A stretch of DNA of 64,000 nucleotides from Candidatus Iainarchaeum sp. (lineage in GTDB: Archaea; Iainarchaeota; Iainarchaeia; Iainarchaeales; JAGVWC01): NCBI GenBank assembly GCA_018304465.1, contig JAGVWC010000010.1, positions 243,473 through 307,472 of the forward strand. Reading direction: 5' to 3'. Position numbers and translations under genes: made by a program. The number at the start of each line of letters is the position of its first letter. Position 1 is the stretch's first letter. Below, piece after piece: positions 19,036-28,994 of this stretch. Under the pieces are notes generated by a model. That model did not search any database. It was not told the origin of the DNA and worked only from the letters and a program-made list of their open reading frames with translations.

Positions 19036-21592
19036 TTTTTACGTACCAACATTTAATTCTGAAAAGACCATCCGGCGCTGTTTGGTTTCTATTCAAAACC
19101 AAAACATTACCCCGAAAGAAATACTTGTAGTCGACGCCGGATCCACGGACAATACCGTAAAAATTGCACAAGAACTTGGAGTAAAAACAATCGTAAAAGA
19201 TTCAACATTAGGGCTGGCAGCTGCGCGAAACATTGGAATACAAAACACAACTGGCGAATATGTGGCCTCTGTAGATTCCGATGTTGAACTATCTCCTGAA
19301 TGGTTAAAAATAGTTCTCAACGCCATCAAAAAAGAAGGCGTTGGGGGCGTAGGCGGTCGATTAATCGAAACAAGCAGTATTTACACAATTCAACAATGGC
19401 GTTTCTTTCATATGCAACAAAACTGGGGCGAAAAAGAAATAACCCCCAAATTCTTGTTTGGTGCCGACAACATATATCGCAGAGAAGCTCTGCTAAACGC
19501 GGGTCTGTATGACGAATCGTTCACTACAAATCACGAAGATGTTGATATCTGCGAAAAGCTGACAAAGAAAGGTTATAGACTTTTATACCTGCCTGAGGCG
19601 ACTTGTTTTCACCTCAGGGAAGACACTGTCAAATCCAACCTTGACAATTATTGGAACTGGTTTAAAGACGAAAACTGCGAAAAAAATCGATACGCAGATA
19701 TTCCTCAAAAGCTTGTGTGGGATATCGACGAGTCATTTAAATTGCTGGAAATGGACGTTAAAGAAAAAAAGTTCCACTTTGTTTATCCGAGTTTTCTGCT
19801 AAGCATTCACCACATACTGAGCGATCTAAATTTCTATTATTGCATTGGCCAAAGAGAGAATCAGCAATATTTCTCCGAAATTTTTAAACGGATTAAAGAA
19901 AACTTGATTCAAGAAATTGTTCCGTCTATACTTGAAAAAGAATTAATCATAAATGCAATTTTACGAGACTTAGAGTACATTACACCAGGAAAATTGGACC
20001 GTAAACGCTATGACAAATATCTAAAAAAAATAGAACTTTCCATAAAACCAAACCCAAACAATCTCGTTAGCAAGCTTGTTTCTTACTTTAAAAAAAGTAT
20101 CAAAAAAAAGGTTCCTGACCAAGAGCTATTCTGGAAAATGATTTGCGTTTCAATTCAACGCATTGAATACGAAAACAAAGAATATGCTGGATTAAAGCAT
20201 AACTATCGTGTTGCATTGTTAAACTTGCCATGGACCAAAGGAGATCGAAAAGGCGTCCGAGCTGGATCAAGATTCCCATTCACACTCGAATCTGAAACCG
20301 CTATCCCCTGCTATGTGCCGTTCCCTTTTTTCTTGGCATATACGCATTCCATGCTAAAGAACGCGGAAATAGGAGTCGTAACTACCGATTGTATTGGGGA
20401 AGGAATAGACGAAACTGAATTACGACTTCGAATTGTCACATATAACCCAGATCTCATTGTAGTAGAAACCGCAACTCCTTCATTCCAAAACGATATTCAA
20501 ATAGTTGAACGATTAAAAAAAACAAACAAAGGCTCAAAGATTTGCTTAACGGGGGCCCACGTTTCAACATTTCCGGCTAAAGTACTATTTGATCATGATT
20601 CTGTCGACTTTGTTATTACTGGGCAATTCGAAAATAAAGTAGTCGAATTGAGCAAAGCCTTGAAGGGAAAAACAGATTTAAGCTCGATTAAGGGCCTCTT
20701 TTGGAGAGACGGCGAGGAAATAAAGATGAGCGAAGCAAAAAGTTCAGGCCCATTATTTAGTGAATTTCCATGGCCAGAACGATTAACTTTGCCTTTGTAC
20801 GCTTACAATGACAAATTTAGTAACCAAATAGTCGAAATGCCAGAACCCAACGCGCAAATGCTCGCAAGCCGAGGTTGTCCTTACAAATGTAGTTTTTGCC
20901 TTTATCCCCAGGTCATTTACGAAGGAAAGTGCTACCAGTCCCGAGAGTCGGTTGATATCGTAGACGAAATGGAAGAACTAGTCAAACGATATGGGATTCG
21001 CGCCATACAATTTGACGATGATACCTTCAACATTAACGATTCTCGAATGAAAGAACTCGGAAATTTAATTCTGAACCGAAAACTGAACACAAAATGGACA
21101 TTTATGGGTAGAGCCGACTTGTGCGTTGAAGAAACAATGCGGTTATTTAAAAAGGCAGGATTAATTGCTTTAAAGTTTGGCGTAGAATCCGCAAACCAAG
21201 AAATCGTAAACCGTTGTGGTAAAAACCTGCAAATCAAATCTGTAGAGAAAACAGTCCAAATGTGTAAAATACTCGGAATAAAAGTCCATCTGACATTCAC
21301 TTTTGGCTTACCTGGCGAAACTAAAGAAACAATCCAAGAAACCATTGACTTTGTCAAGCGGGTCAATCCAGACTCAACTCAGTTTTCAATCACTACCCCG
21401 TTTCCGGGAACAAACTTATATAATGATCTAACCAAAGGTCAGAAGACAGACAACCTAGATTGGAATTTATTTGACGGAAATCGAACCGCCGTAATGCAAT
21501 TGGACAATTTGAGCGCCGCTGATTTGGAAAACGCCTTAATTCGAGCTGAAAAAGAATGGAAAACCTACATAGGACAGAGGCAAAAAAAATGA
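19007..21592 (+). CDS. GT2 glycosyltransferase fused to a B12-binding radical SAM enzyme (HpnJ-like)
   Basis: VPTFN, VDAGSTD, ARN, VDSD, ED in the N-terminus; RAGSRFP, GAH, SRGCPYKCSFC, FDDDTF, FGVES, FGLPGET, TPFPGT. Confidence 0.85.
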   Translation: MHKNEDDLVSFYVPTFNSEKTIRRCLVSIQNQNITPKEILVVDAGSTDNTVKIAQELGVKTIVKDSTLGLAAARNIGIQNTTGEYVASVDSDVELSPEWLKIVLNAIKKEGVGGVGGRLIETSSIYTIQQWRFFHMQQNWGEKEITPKFLFGADNIYRREALLNAGLYDESFTTNHEDVDICEKLTKKGYRLLYLPEATCFHLREDTVKSNLDNYWNWFKDENCEKNRYADIPQKLVWDIDESFKLLEMDVKEKKFHFVYPSFLLSIHHILSDLNFYYCIGQRENQQYFSEIFKRIKENLIQEIVPSILEKELIINAILRDLEYITPGKLDRKRYDKYLKKIELSIKPNPNNLVSKLVSYFKKSIKKKVPDQELFWKMICVSIQRIEYENKEYAGLKHNYRVALLNLPWTKGDRKGVRAGSRFPFTLESETAIPCYVPFPFFLAYTHSMLKNAEIGVVTTDCIGEGIDETELRLRIVTYNPDLIVVETATPSFQNDIQIVERLKKTNKGSKICLTGAHVSTFPAKVLFDHDSVDFVITGQFENKVVELSKALKGKTDLSSIKGLFWRDGEEIKMSEAKSSGPLFSEFPWPERLTLPLYAYNDKFSNQIVEMPEPNAQMLASRGCPYKCSFCLYPQVIYEGKCYQSRESVDIVDEMEELVKRYGIRAIQFDDDTFNINDSRMKELGNLILNRKLNTKWTFMGRADLCVEETMRLFKKAGLIALKFGVESANQEIVNRCGKNLQIKSVEKTVQMCKILGIKVHLTFTFGLPGETKETIQETIDFVKRVNPDSTQFSITTPFPGTNLYNDLTKGQKTDNLDWNLFDGNRTAVMQLDNLSAADLENALIRAEKEWKTYIGQRQKK

Positions 21593-23055
21593 CTGCGGAA
21601 AATAAGTATCGGGTTTCAAGCTACGTGGCTGAATACAAGAAAAAAGACCTCTTTGCGTATTACAATAATAAGAATCTTCAAGTCATTTATGGAAAAAAGC
21701 CTCTCAAAAAAATAATCGATGACCTTAAACAACCCCAAGAATTAGAAAACTATATTAAAAAGTTTCCAACTAAACGCGACGAGTTGAGACCCATATTACA
21801 CACGCTCGTGAGTGAAGGATATTTAGTTACTGGGACAGAGGATCCGATCTTGAACAGTTCAGAAATTGAAGAACGTAACCGAATCAACCCGAACTTATTG
21901 CGATTTTTGCTTACGTTTGATTGCAATCTGGAATGCAAGTACTGCCAAATCAAAACCAATCTTTTTAGTGAATATAACAAGCCAATTACAAGAGAAGAAA
22001 TCGACAAATCATTTGAATTGTTCAAGAAAAATACAAATGAATACCACACCATTTCGATGTCTGGCGGAGAACCAACGCTAAACTTCGAGTTAGTAAAATA
22101 CATTGTCGAAAAAACAAAAAAAGAACTAAAGCCAGGAAAATATCGTATCGTTTTGTCTTCCAATGGAACAATGATTACTGACGGCATTGCCGACTACATC
22201 GTCAAAGAAAATTTATTGCCAATCATTTCTTTGGACGGACGCGAAGAAGACAACAAAATGCGCGTTTACCGAAATGGTCTTGAATCATACAAAATCGTGT
22301 TAGCTGGGTTAGAAAAACTAAAAAAGCATAATTGTAAAAAAATCGCAATATCAATGACTATCGGAACCCACAACATAAAAAATATCAAAAAAATAATGAA
22401 AAACATTATCAATGAAATCGAACCAGTAAGCGTTGGCTATAATTTCGTTCACTACCCTTACTTTGACAATCAACATTACTCTCTTCCAAACATCGACGAT
22501 TACTCAAAAGCAGTCATTCACATTTTCACCGAACTCCGAAAGCACAAAATTTACGACGATCAGTTTTTTCGAAGACTCCAACCCTTTGTAGAGAGAAAAG
22601 TTCGGATAAAAGAATGCTCTGCACTTGGTGGGGCTCTTAATCTTGTGCCCGGTGGACTCATTGGACCCTGCAAAACACTCCTGACAAGCAGACATTTTTC
22701 ACAACCAATCAATATAACCGAAAAAATAGCGGATTCTAAAATCTTTACTGAATTTTCAAACCGAAACACATTATCACTAGAAGAATGTCAAAATTGCGTA
22801 GCCAGAACCATTTGCGGCGGGGGCTGTACTTTTGATTCATTTGTGACCTATCGTGACATTTCCCATGTAGACAAACGAAACTGCGATTACATAAAAAAAG
22901 TTCTGGAATTCATGATCTGGGACTTGTATCGGCTAGCCCAAAAGAAAAAGACAGAACTGTTAATTCCAACGCAAGTGGACCGTCAAAAAATGTACGGTGG
23001 TATTGCTCTTTCCAGTACAACTCTTGCGGAATCCGTTGGTCACAAAATTTATTAA
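21589..23055 (+). CDS. Radical SAM/SPASM domain protein
   Basis: CNLECKYC, GGEP, SLDG; SPASM cysteines C..GPC..CQNC..ICGGGC..C; N-terminal RRE/PqqD-like extension. Confidence 0.9.
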   Translation: MTAENKYRVSSYVAEYKKKDLFAYYNNKNLQVIYGKKPLKKIIDDLKQPQELENYIKKFPTKRDELRPILHTLVSEGYLVTGTEDPILNSSEIEERNRINPNLLRFLLTFDCNLECKYCQIKTNLFSEYNKPITREEIDKSFELFKKNTNEYHTISMSGGEPTLNFELVKYIVEKTKKELKPGKYRIVLSSNGTMITDGIADYIVKENLLPIISLDGREEDNKMRVYRNGLESYKIVLAGLEKLKKHNCKKIAISMTIGTHNIKNIKKIMKNIINEIEPVSVGYNFVHYPYFDNQHYSLPNIDDYSKAVIHIFTELRKHKIYDDQFFRRLQPFVERKVRIKECSALGGALNLVPGGLIGPCKTLLTSRHFSQPINITEKIADSKIFTEFSNRNTLSLEECQNCVARTICGGGCTFDSFVTYRDISHVDKRNCDYIKKVLEFMIWDLYRLAQKKKTELLIPTQVDRQKMYGGIALSSTTLAESVGHKIY

Positions 23056-24074
23056 ACCAAAAAATAGTCAAAGAACTGCTTGCAAGCGCGGTATTGAGGG
23101 ACCGACAAGTTTTTTCCTGTTTTAGTCAAAAAGACCGATGGTTCGGTTAAAACCCACGTTGAGCTATTTCGAATTGCATCAAAAAATCTATCCTTTGCCC
23201 TAAACGATAACATGAGGCTTTTAGCGATACCAAAAAAGGAAAGATTGTGCAGCATATCCGAATCGAAAAGGACTTTCGCTTCAATGGTGGATGGTTTGGG
23301 AATGAATCCGGGCGGTTTTCCTCTTTGTTTTGCGAGTTTTTGAAATCCTTCCAAAGAACCTGAATGTTGAAGAACACAAAGCGCCACGCGGTTTGCAAAT
23401 TCATTATTGAAGCTGTTTTCAAAAAGTTTTCTTCTTGCAATTTTACGACCGATATAGTGGTGGTTTAAGTCATTTCCAAATCCCTTTCCAATATCATGTA
23501 GCAGCGCGGCTGCGTCTACTACCAATTCATTCGCGTTTTCTGCAATTGCTACTTTTTTTGCAATGGATCGAACTTCTTGGACATGAAAATAATTGTAATC
23601 GGAACTGTTCTTCTTTACAAAATATTCCACGGGCCGCATATGCTGCTCGTAAAAAGCCAATATTTTTTGTCGCTTATTTTTATTTCCTAAGAAAGAGTAC
23701 GCCGCAAATTCCTCTTCAAACGACACTAGGGGAATATTCAGACCCTCGTGCTTAATGAAAATAATTTTTTCTGGATTAAATAATCGGATCTTTCCTCGCT
23801 TTGTCTTTTTGACCGGATCTCGAATCAAATGAACCGTTGGAGAAAAATTGAAGAAAGCCTGCTTACCCGTTGCTGTTTGTTTGGTCGAAATCACTCGATC
23901 TTTAAATTGATGCGTAAACAGCTTAAAAGACTTATAATCACAAATGACATCAAGGTCATCCCCCGTAACTTTGAGGCCTTGTACGCCCAATGCGAAGCTT
24001 CCGCAAAAAGCCCAGTTTCGGTTCTTTTTCAAGCAATTATTAATTATTTTCACGGTTTGGAACGTACAAAACAC
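23052..24074 (-). CDS. Nucleotidyltransferase + HD-domain fusion
   Basis: GSFAL..DDLDV NTase motif; H..V..ALLHDIGK..HH..H..DSD HD motif. Confidence 0.75.
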   Translation of the reverse strand: MFCTFQTVKIINNCLKKNRNWAFCGSFALGVQGLKVTGDDLDVICDYKSFKLFTHQFKDRVISTKQTATGKQAFFNFSPTVHLIRDPVKKTKRGKIRLFNPEKIIFIKHEGLNIPLVSFEEEFAAYSFLGNKNKRQKILAFYEQHMRPVEYFVKKNSSDYNYFHVQEVRSIAKKVAIAENANELVVDAAALLHDIGKGFGNDLNHHYIGRKIARRKLFENSFNNEFANRVALCVLQHSGSLEGFQKLAKQRGKPPGFIPKPSTIEAKVLFDSDMLHNLSFFGIAKSLMLSFRAKDRFFDAIRNSSTWVLTEPSVFLTKTGKNLSVPQYRACKQFFDYFLV

Positions 24075-24088
24075 CCAATAAATACCTA

Positions 24089-24793
24089 ATGTTTTACTGT
24101 AAGAACGGTATGGATAAAGTGTTTTTAATTGGTGGCAGTAAAAGCTGGAGCAAACGAATTGACGAATTTGTTACAAAAGACATTCCGCGCTCAGCTCAAA
24201 TCGCTGTAGTCGCAACCGCCGCTGTAAACGATCCTAATCCTAAATATGACCAATATACCTATTTTGAAGTCTTAAAGAAACAGTATCAAAAATTGGGGTT
24301 TGCAAAATTTGACCTTGTGAACATCGAAAAGAAAAGCGATTCGAATAAACCTTCAATCATCAAACAACTAAATCGTGCGGATGTAATCTATCTTGGGGGC
24401 GGAGACACACGGTTTCTCCTTAACTGCTTGGTAAAAACCAGAGCCGCGTCAACGATCAAGGAACAGGTTCGAAAAGGGAAATTGATTATTGGAAATAGCG
24501 CAGGGGCGATGGTCTTAGGCGAAAAAGTCCCTATAGAAATAGAACGCAGTAAGAAAAAAGAGTTTGAACTCTGGCCTGGATTAAATGTTTTATCTAAACT
24601 GTTCATACTGGCCCATGTAAATCGTTGGAACAGACAGCGTCAATTCAGAAGATTAGCAGATTCAAACCCAATACTCGTTGGACTTGGGTTACCTGAATAT
24701 TCGATTGCAAAAATATCGGACAAGAGGATTACTATTTATTGCCTTAAAAGCACAAGGTTGAAAAAGACATTCTCCAAGAAACATATCCGATAG
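24089..24793 (+). CDS. Peptidase S51 family (dipeptidase E/cyanophycinase-like)
   Basis: LIGG, YLGGGDT, GNSAGA, GL..L..H. Confidence 0.85.
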   Translation: MFYCKNGMDKVFLIGGSKSWSKRIDEFVTKDIPRSAQIAVVATAAVNDPNPKYDQYTYFEVLKKQYQKLGFAKFDLVNIEKKSDSNKPSIIKQLNRADVIYLGGGDTRFLLNCLVKTRAASTIKEQVRKGKLIIGNSAGAMVLGEKVPIEIERSKKKEFELWPGLNVLSKLFILAHVNRWNRQRQFRRLADSNPILVGLGLPEYSIAKISDKRITIYCLKSTRLKKTFSKKHIR

Positions 24794-24803
24794 GAAGAAA
24801 TCT

Positions 24804-25766
24804 ATGGCGCGAGTTCTTGTTACTGGCGGGTGCGGATTTATAGGATCCGAAGTGGTCAAACAATTATTGCAAAAGGGATACGATGTTAGAATTGCGGATG
24901 ATTTAAGCAAGCCGAAAAGCAAAACAGACGTACAAGCTGAATTTTTACGAATCGATTTAACGAATAAAACCAATACCCTGCGTGCGTTCAAAGGAATAGA
25001 TTATTGCATCAATCTTGCTGCTAAGATCGGGGGGATTGGATACTTCCACAAAATTCCTGCAACAATTCTAAGCGAAAACAATAAGATTTACTCCTCTACT
25101 TTTGAAGCCGCGGTTGAAAAAAATATTGAACGAATGGTATATATATCGAGTTCAATGGTTTTCGAGAGCACAACTAGCTTTCCAAGCAAAGAAACTGATT
25201 TGAAAAAAGTAGCTCCTCCAATCACGGCATACGGTTTTAGCAAGCTTTCTGGTGAAAAATACTGTCACGCATTCCATGACCAATTCAACCTCGATTACAC
25301 CATAATCCGGCCATTTAATGCATATGGCATTAACGAGTTCCCTGGTCAAGAAATCGGGTACGCACATGTAATTCCTGATTTGACTAAAAAAATATTGGCG
25401 GGACAGTATCCTGTCGAAATTCTTGGAAATGGAAAACAAAGCCGATGCTTTACTCACGTAAGCGATGTCGCAAGCGGAATCATAAAAGCAATGGACTCCA
25501 AAAAAGCGATTAATGAGGACTTTAACATCAGCACTTCAGAAGAAACGAAAATTATCGAATTGGCAAAAAATATTTTCACTCTGTGCAGTTCGAGGAAAAA
25601 ATTCAAAACAAAATTTTTACCCAGTTTTAAAGATGATGTCCAAAGGCGTATTCCTGACGTATCCAAAGCCAAGAACTTGTTGCATTGGCAAGCGAAAATT
25701 CCTCTAAACGAAGGATTAAAAGAGGTGGTGGACTGGCTAAAATACAAATTAAAAAAGACGATCTAA
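24804..25766 (+). CDS. NAD-dependent nucleotide-sugar epimerase/dehydratase
   Basis: VTGGCGFIG, SSS, YGFSK, RPFNAYG. Confidence 0.9.
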   Translation: MARVLVTGGCGFIGSEVVKQLLQKGYDVRIADDLSKPKSKTDVQAEFLRIDLTNKTNTLRAFKGIDYCINLAAKIGGIGYFHKIPATILSENNKIYSSTFEAAVEKNIERMVYISSSMVFESTTSFPSKETDLKKVAPPITAYGFSKLSGEKYCHAFHDQFNLDYTIIRPFNAYGINEFPGQEIGYAHVIPDLTKKILAGQYPVEILGNGKQSRCFTHVSDVASGIIKAMDSKKAINEDFNISTSEETKIIELAKNIFTLCSSRKKFKTKFLPSFKDDVQRRIPDVSKAKNLLHWQAKIPLNEGLKEVVDWLKYKLKKTI

Positions 25767-25950
25767 TTGAACAAAATTGTTTTTGTTTTGGGAATTGGCC
25801 GCGTGGGATTACCCATATCATTAGCCCTTTGTGAGGCGGGGTACACGGGGTATGGAATTGACGTCAGACCAGAACACATTGAAACACTCCTCGCAAAGAA
25901 ATTTCCGTTCATAGAAAAAGGCGCAAAAAAACTTTTAATAAAAACAGACA
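25767..25950 (+). pseudogene. N-terminal fragment of a UDP-glucose/GDP-mannose dehydrogenase
   Basis: VLGIGRVGLP..G.D..PFIEKG Rossmann start; similarity ends after ~60 aa at the convergent DHH gene. Confidence 0.7.
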
Positions 25951-25970
25951 ATTTTTTGGCGAAAAAAAAA

Positions 25971-26978
25971 TCAGATGATTTCGCGGACTTCGACGCTTTT
26001 CTTTTTTTGTTTCAACTCAAACACCAATAATTCCAAGGCCCGATGCAACACGTCTTCGGTGTTCGAATGAAACGAATTAAAACCCGCAGCCGCGACATGA
26101 CCATTGCCATGACCGCCAAACGCCGGCACCAATCCCTGCATGACCGCAACCAAACTCACTTTCGAATCCTTGACAAAACCACTCGACGAACGAGCGCTTA
26201 CAACCAACGCGTTCGAACCATGATCGATTCCCGCCACCAACGCCACGTCACAACCCAACGCCACCAGCGAAGCCGCGGCTTCGGACTCGAAAAAATTCAC
26301 GGTGGACAACGCCACCAAAAAACCGTCGACTTCAAACAACCGCATGCGGCTCGCCGAACGCAGTTTCGCGATGCGCTCCGAAACCGGTTCTTGGATAACC
26401 ACCAATCGCTTGATGGATTCCACGTCCGACCTGGATTCTTTCAAACAAAACGACAAATCATCCAAGACATGCGTATCCAACACGGATAGCATCGCCGTAT
26501 CCGACAAAATACCCGCGGCCAACGCCTGCAAGGCTTTTTTCGAAAGTTTCAATTTCGCTTTTCGAATTTCGGACAACACGACTTGCGACGCGGATAACCT
26601 GTTCGAATCAATTTCGACAAAAGCTTTTTTGGGCCGATCCGCTTCCGGCAAATGATGATCCAAAATCAACACCGGGCCATTAAACGAAGAAATGCTTTTC
26701 GAAAGTTTTCCCGCGTGACTAGGCGAATTAAAATCAAGCAACGCCAAAGCGTCAAACCGATCCAACACCGGGTCTTTCACGGCTTTAATGCCAAACCGGT
26801 CCGCGAGTTGTAACGCATGCAACCCCATGTGATCGGGAAACCCCACGGTACAATTACAGGAAAGGGTTTCTTTGAGCGCAATCGCGCTCGCCAACGAATC
26901 CACGTCGGTTCCGGCGTGACACAACAAAAGCAGACGGGTGGATTTGGAAAGTTTTTTGACAAACGATTCCAAAGCCAT
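25971..26978 (-). CDS. DHH/DHHA1 phosphoesterase
   Basis: CH..DVDS, LDF, LDHH, SDT, SARS, GHGNGHVAAAG. Confidence 0.85.
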   Translation of the reverse strand: MALESFVKKLSKSTRLLLLCHAGTDVDSLASAIALKETLSCNCTVGFPDHMGLHALQLADRFGIKAVKDPVLDRFDALALLDFNSPSHAGKLSKSISSFNGPVLILDHHLPEADRPKKAFVEIDSNRLSASQVVLSEIRKAKLKLSKKALQALAAGILSDTAMLSVLDTHVLDDLSFCLKESRSDVESIKRLVVIQEPVSERIAKLRSASRMRLFEVDGFLVALSTVNFFESEAAASLVALGCDVALVAGIDHGSNALVVSARSSSGFVKDSKVSLVAVMQGLVPAFGGHGNGHVAAAGFNSFHSNTEDVLHRALELLVFELKQKKKSVEVREII

Positions 26979-27024
26979 CGAACGAATCCCGATTCCTTTT
27001 TTTTATTTTTTAAATTGTTTTTCT

Positions 27025-27396
27025 TTATTTTTTCGATTTGGACGCGGGTTTTTGGGTTTCGTCGCTTTGCCCTTGCCCTTCAATATCGGATTTAAGCTTG
27101 TTTAATTTCTGGATCGTCGCGTCTTCCTGTTTTTGCAGGGTCTTGATGCGCAAATCCACGGTTTCTTTCTGATCCGCCAGTTCTTTCTTGGCGTCATCCG
27201 TGGTCACGGACACCAGAATGTTTCCAACGGCTTTGAAAACCTTTTTTTCGGAAGTTTTTTCCAATTCATCCAGCGACATCTTCAACGTGGCGGACTGCAT
27301 GAGGTACTGTTGTTTTTGCGAAGAAATACTGATCAATTGATCGCGGTTACGCGAAAAATCAGCGATCGCCTGTTGTTTGGATTGTTCGTCTGCCAA
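27025..27396 (-). CDS. pfdB: Prefoldin beta subunit
   Basis: Coiled coils with VFKAVGNILV; superoperon position. Confidence 0.9.
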   Translation of the reverse strand: MADEQSKQQAIADFSRNRDQLISISSQKQQYLMQSATLKMSLDELEKTSEKKVFKAVGNILVSVTTDDAKKELADQKETVDLRIKTLQKQEDATIQKLNKLKSDIEGQGQSDETQKPASKSKK

Positions 27397-27398
27397 AA

Positions 27399-27647
27399 TT
27401 ATAACCTCCGGGTTTGGTGAACTATTTTTTGTAGAAACGAAATGTTTTTAATCGCGAAATGAAGACTCGCATTGAGGGCTTTTTCGTCCTCGGCTTCCAC
27501 GTGAACCAAAAAACCGGATTCGGATTTCGAATACGTGGTCGTGGCCCGTTTTTCAAACGACGAATCCGACCAATCCGGCGAAAGCGATTCGAAAATCACG
27601 TCGCGGGACAGCGGTTCGCACCAAAAATGAAAACGGGCAAAAAGCAA
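27399..27647 (-). CDS. pcc1: KEOPS subunit Pcc1-like
   Basis: SLSPD..R..VEAEDEKALNAS; located between rpoP and pfdB. Confidence 0.65.
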   Translation of the reverse strand: MLFARFHFWCEPLSRDVIFESLSPDWSDSSFEKRATTTYSKSESGFLVHVEAEDEKALNASLHFAIKNISFLQKIVHQTRRL

Positions 27648-27662
27648 TGGAATCCCTTTTTT

Positions 27663-27791
27663 TTATCGCGCCATGACTTCTTTGACCACGGAGCTGCGTT
27701 GTTTGTATAAAATCTTGTAGGCGCAATTCGGGCACCGCACTTCGTACGCGATGCTTTCGATCATGGTTCCGCATTTTCCGCACTTGTACAT
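27663..27791 (-). CDS. rpoP: RNA polymerase subunit P (Rpo12), below the ORF-track cutoff
   Basis: Own translation: MYKCGKCGTMIESIAYEVRCPNCAYKILYKQRSSVVKEVMAR. Confidence 0.9.
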   Translation of the reverse strand: MYKCGKCGTMIESIAYEVRCPNCAYKILYKQRSSVVKEVMAR

Positions 27792-27806
27792 TTTTTTACC
27801 TCAAAT

Positions 27807-28163
27807 TCACTTTTTTTTGTTTTCGGATTCAGAAGACGGGGATTCTTCGTTTTCCCCGGTTTCCGTTACTTGGGTTGACAACAATTCACCCAAATTGGGC
27901 AAAAAGCTTTTCTGGGACACCATTTTGGCCACAATGCGACCCGTTAAGGTCTGTGGAAAATACGCGCCGCCGGTAAAACGGCCACCGCATTTTTTGCAGT
28001 CAAAAATTCCCGCGGCTTCGCGGCGAATCTTTTTGTATCCGCAACTGGGGCACTCCGAGTCTTCGTGCTGGCGTTGCTCGACTTTGAGCAAGCGTTTTCG
28101 GATTCCGACGCCGTAACGCGATCCGAACCGACCCGCGCTTTTGACTTTTTTGGTGCTACTCAT
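27807..28163 (-). CDS. rpl37ae: 50S ribosomal protein L37Ae
   Basis: GRFGSRYG, CPSC, CKKC, GGAY. Confidence 0.95.
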   Translation of the reverse strand: MSSTKKVKSAGRFGSRYGVGIRKRLLKVEQRQHEDSECPSCGYKKIRREAAGIFDCKKCGGRFTGGAYFPQTLTGRIVAKMVSQKSFLPNLGELLSTQVTETGENEESPSSESENKKK

Positions 28164-28208
28164 GTGTAGTTCTCCTTACTATCGTATCTTGACGAATTTT
28201 TTATAAAA

Positions 28209-28994
28209 CTATTTGAACGCGATTTTTCGCATTTCCTTGGTCTTTTTCAAGGCCGTTTCGATGCATTGGTGAATTTCGGCCGCTGAAAAACTGCCGGCAC
28301 CGCCTTTTTGGAAAGCCGACAAATACTCGTCATCCGTCACCGCGACCGTAAAACGGGCGTTGGAAGCCTCTTCTTCGGCCACCGTCGGATCGAGAATAAT
28401 CTTGTCCGCGACCTTGTAAAACGTGATTTCCAAGGGCAATCGCGCCAATTCCAGCTTTTTGCCGTATTCGCCTTTGACGAGTTGGAATTTGTCATCCAGT
28501 TTAGGCAAACGCGTTTCCGACAAGGCTTTCAAGGCCGCCAAAGAACACGCGTCAAAAAAGTTTCCGGAGTCGTTAATCGTATACAGATCGATAAAAATGC
28601 TCCAGACTTTTTCGCCGTCCTTGATGCTTAACTTGGAAAAATCCAAGGCATGCGATTCGCGGATTCCGCGGTCGACCACCCGCGCCATTTCAATGGATCG
28701 CGGCTGCGGCGGACCGGTTTCGAATTCCGGCGACGCGATCGGCAACATTTCCAATCCAACGCTGATGCTTCCTTCGTTCGGCGTATCCGGATACGGTTCC
28801 ACCGGCAAACACTTGGTTCCGCACACGACTTCGGTTTCTCCGATTTTCACGCGGCAAGATCCATCCGCGTTCTTGGAAATATCGGTTTCCACCGAAATTT
28901 TGCGGTACTCGTCAAACTTTCGTCCATCAAGACGCTTTCCTTCCCGAATCGCCTTGGCGGCGGCATCGGCTTGTAATTCCATCAGAATACTCAT
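28209..28994 (-). CDS. rrp42: Exosome subunit Rrp42
   Basis: RLDGR, ADGS, PYPDTP, ARVVDRGIRES. Confidence 0.95.
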   Translation of the reverse strand: MSILMELQADAAAKAIREGKRLDGRKFDEYRKISVETDISKNADGSCRVKIGETEVVCGTKCLPVEPYPDTPNEGSISVGLEMLPIASPEFETGPPQPRSIEMARVVDRGIRESHALDFSKLSIKDGEKVWSIFIDLYTINDSGNFFDACSLAALKALSETRLPKLDDKFQLVKGEYGKKLELARLPLEITFYKVADKIILDPTVAEEEASNARFTVAVTDDEYLSAFQKGGAGSFSAAEIHQCIETALKKTKEMRKIAFK

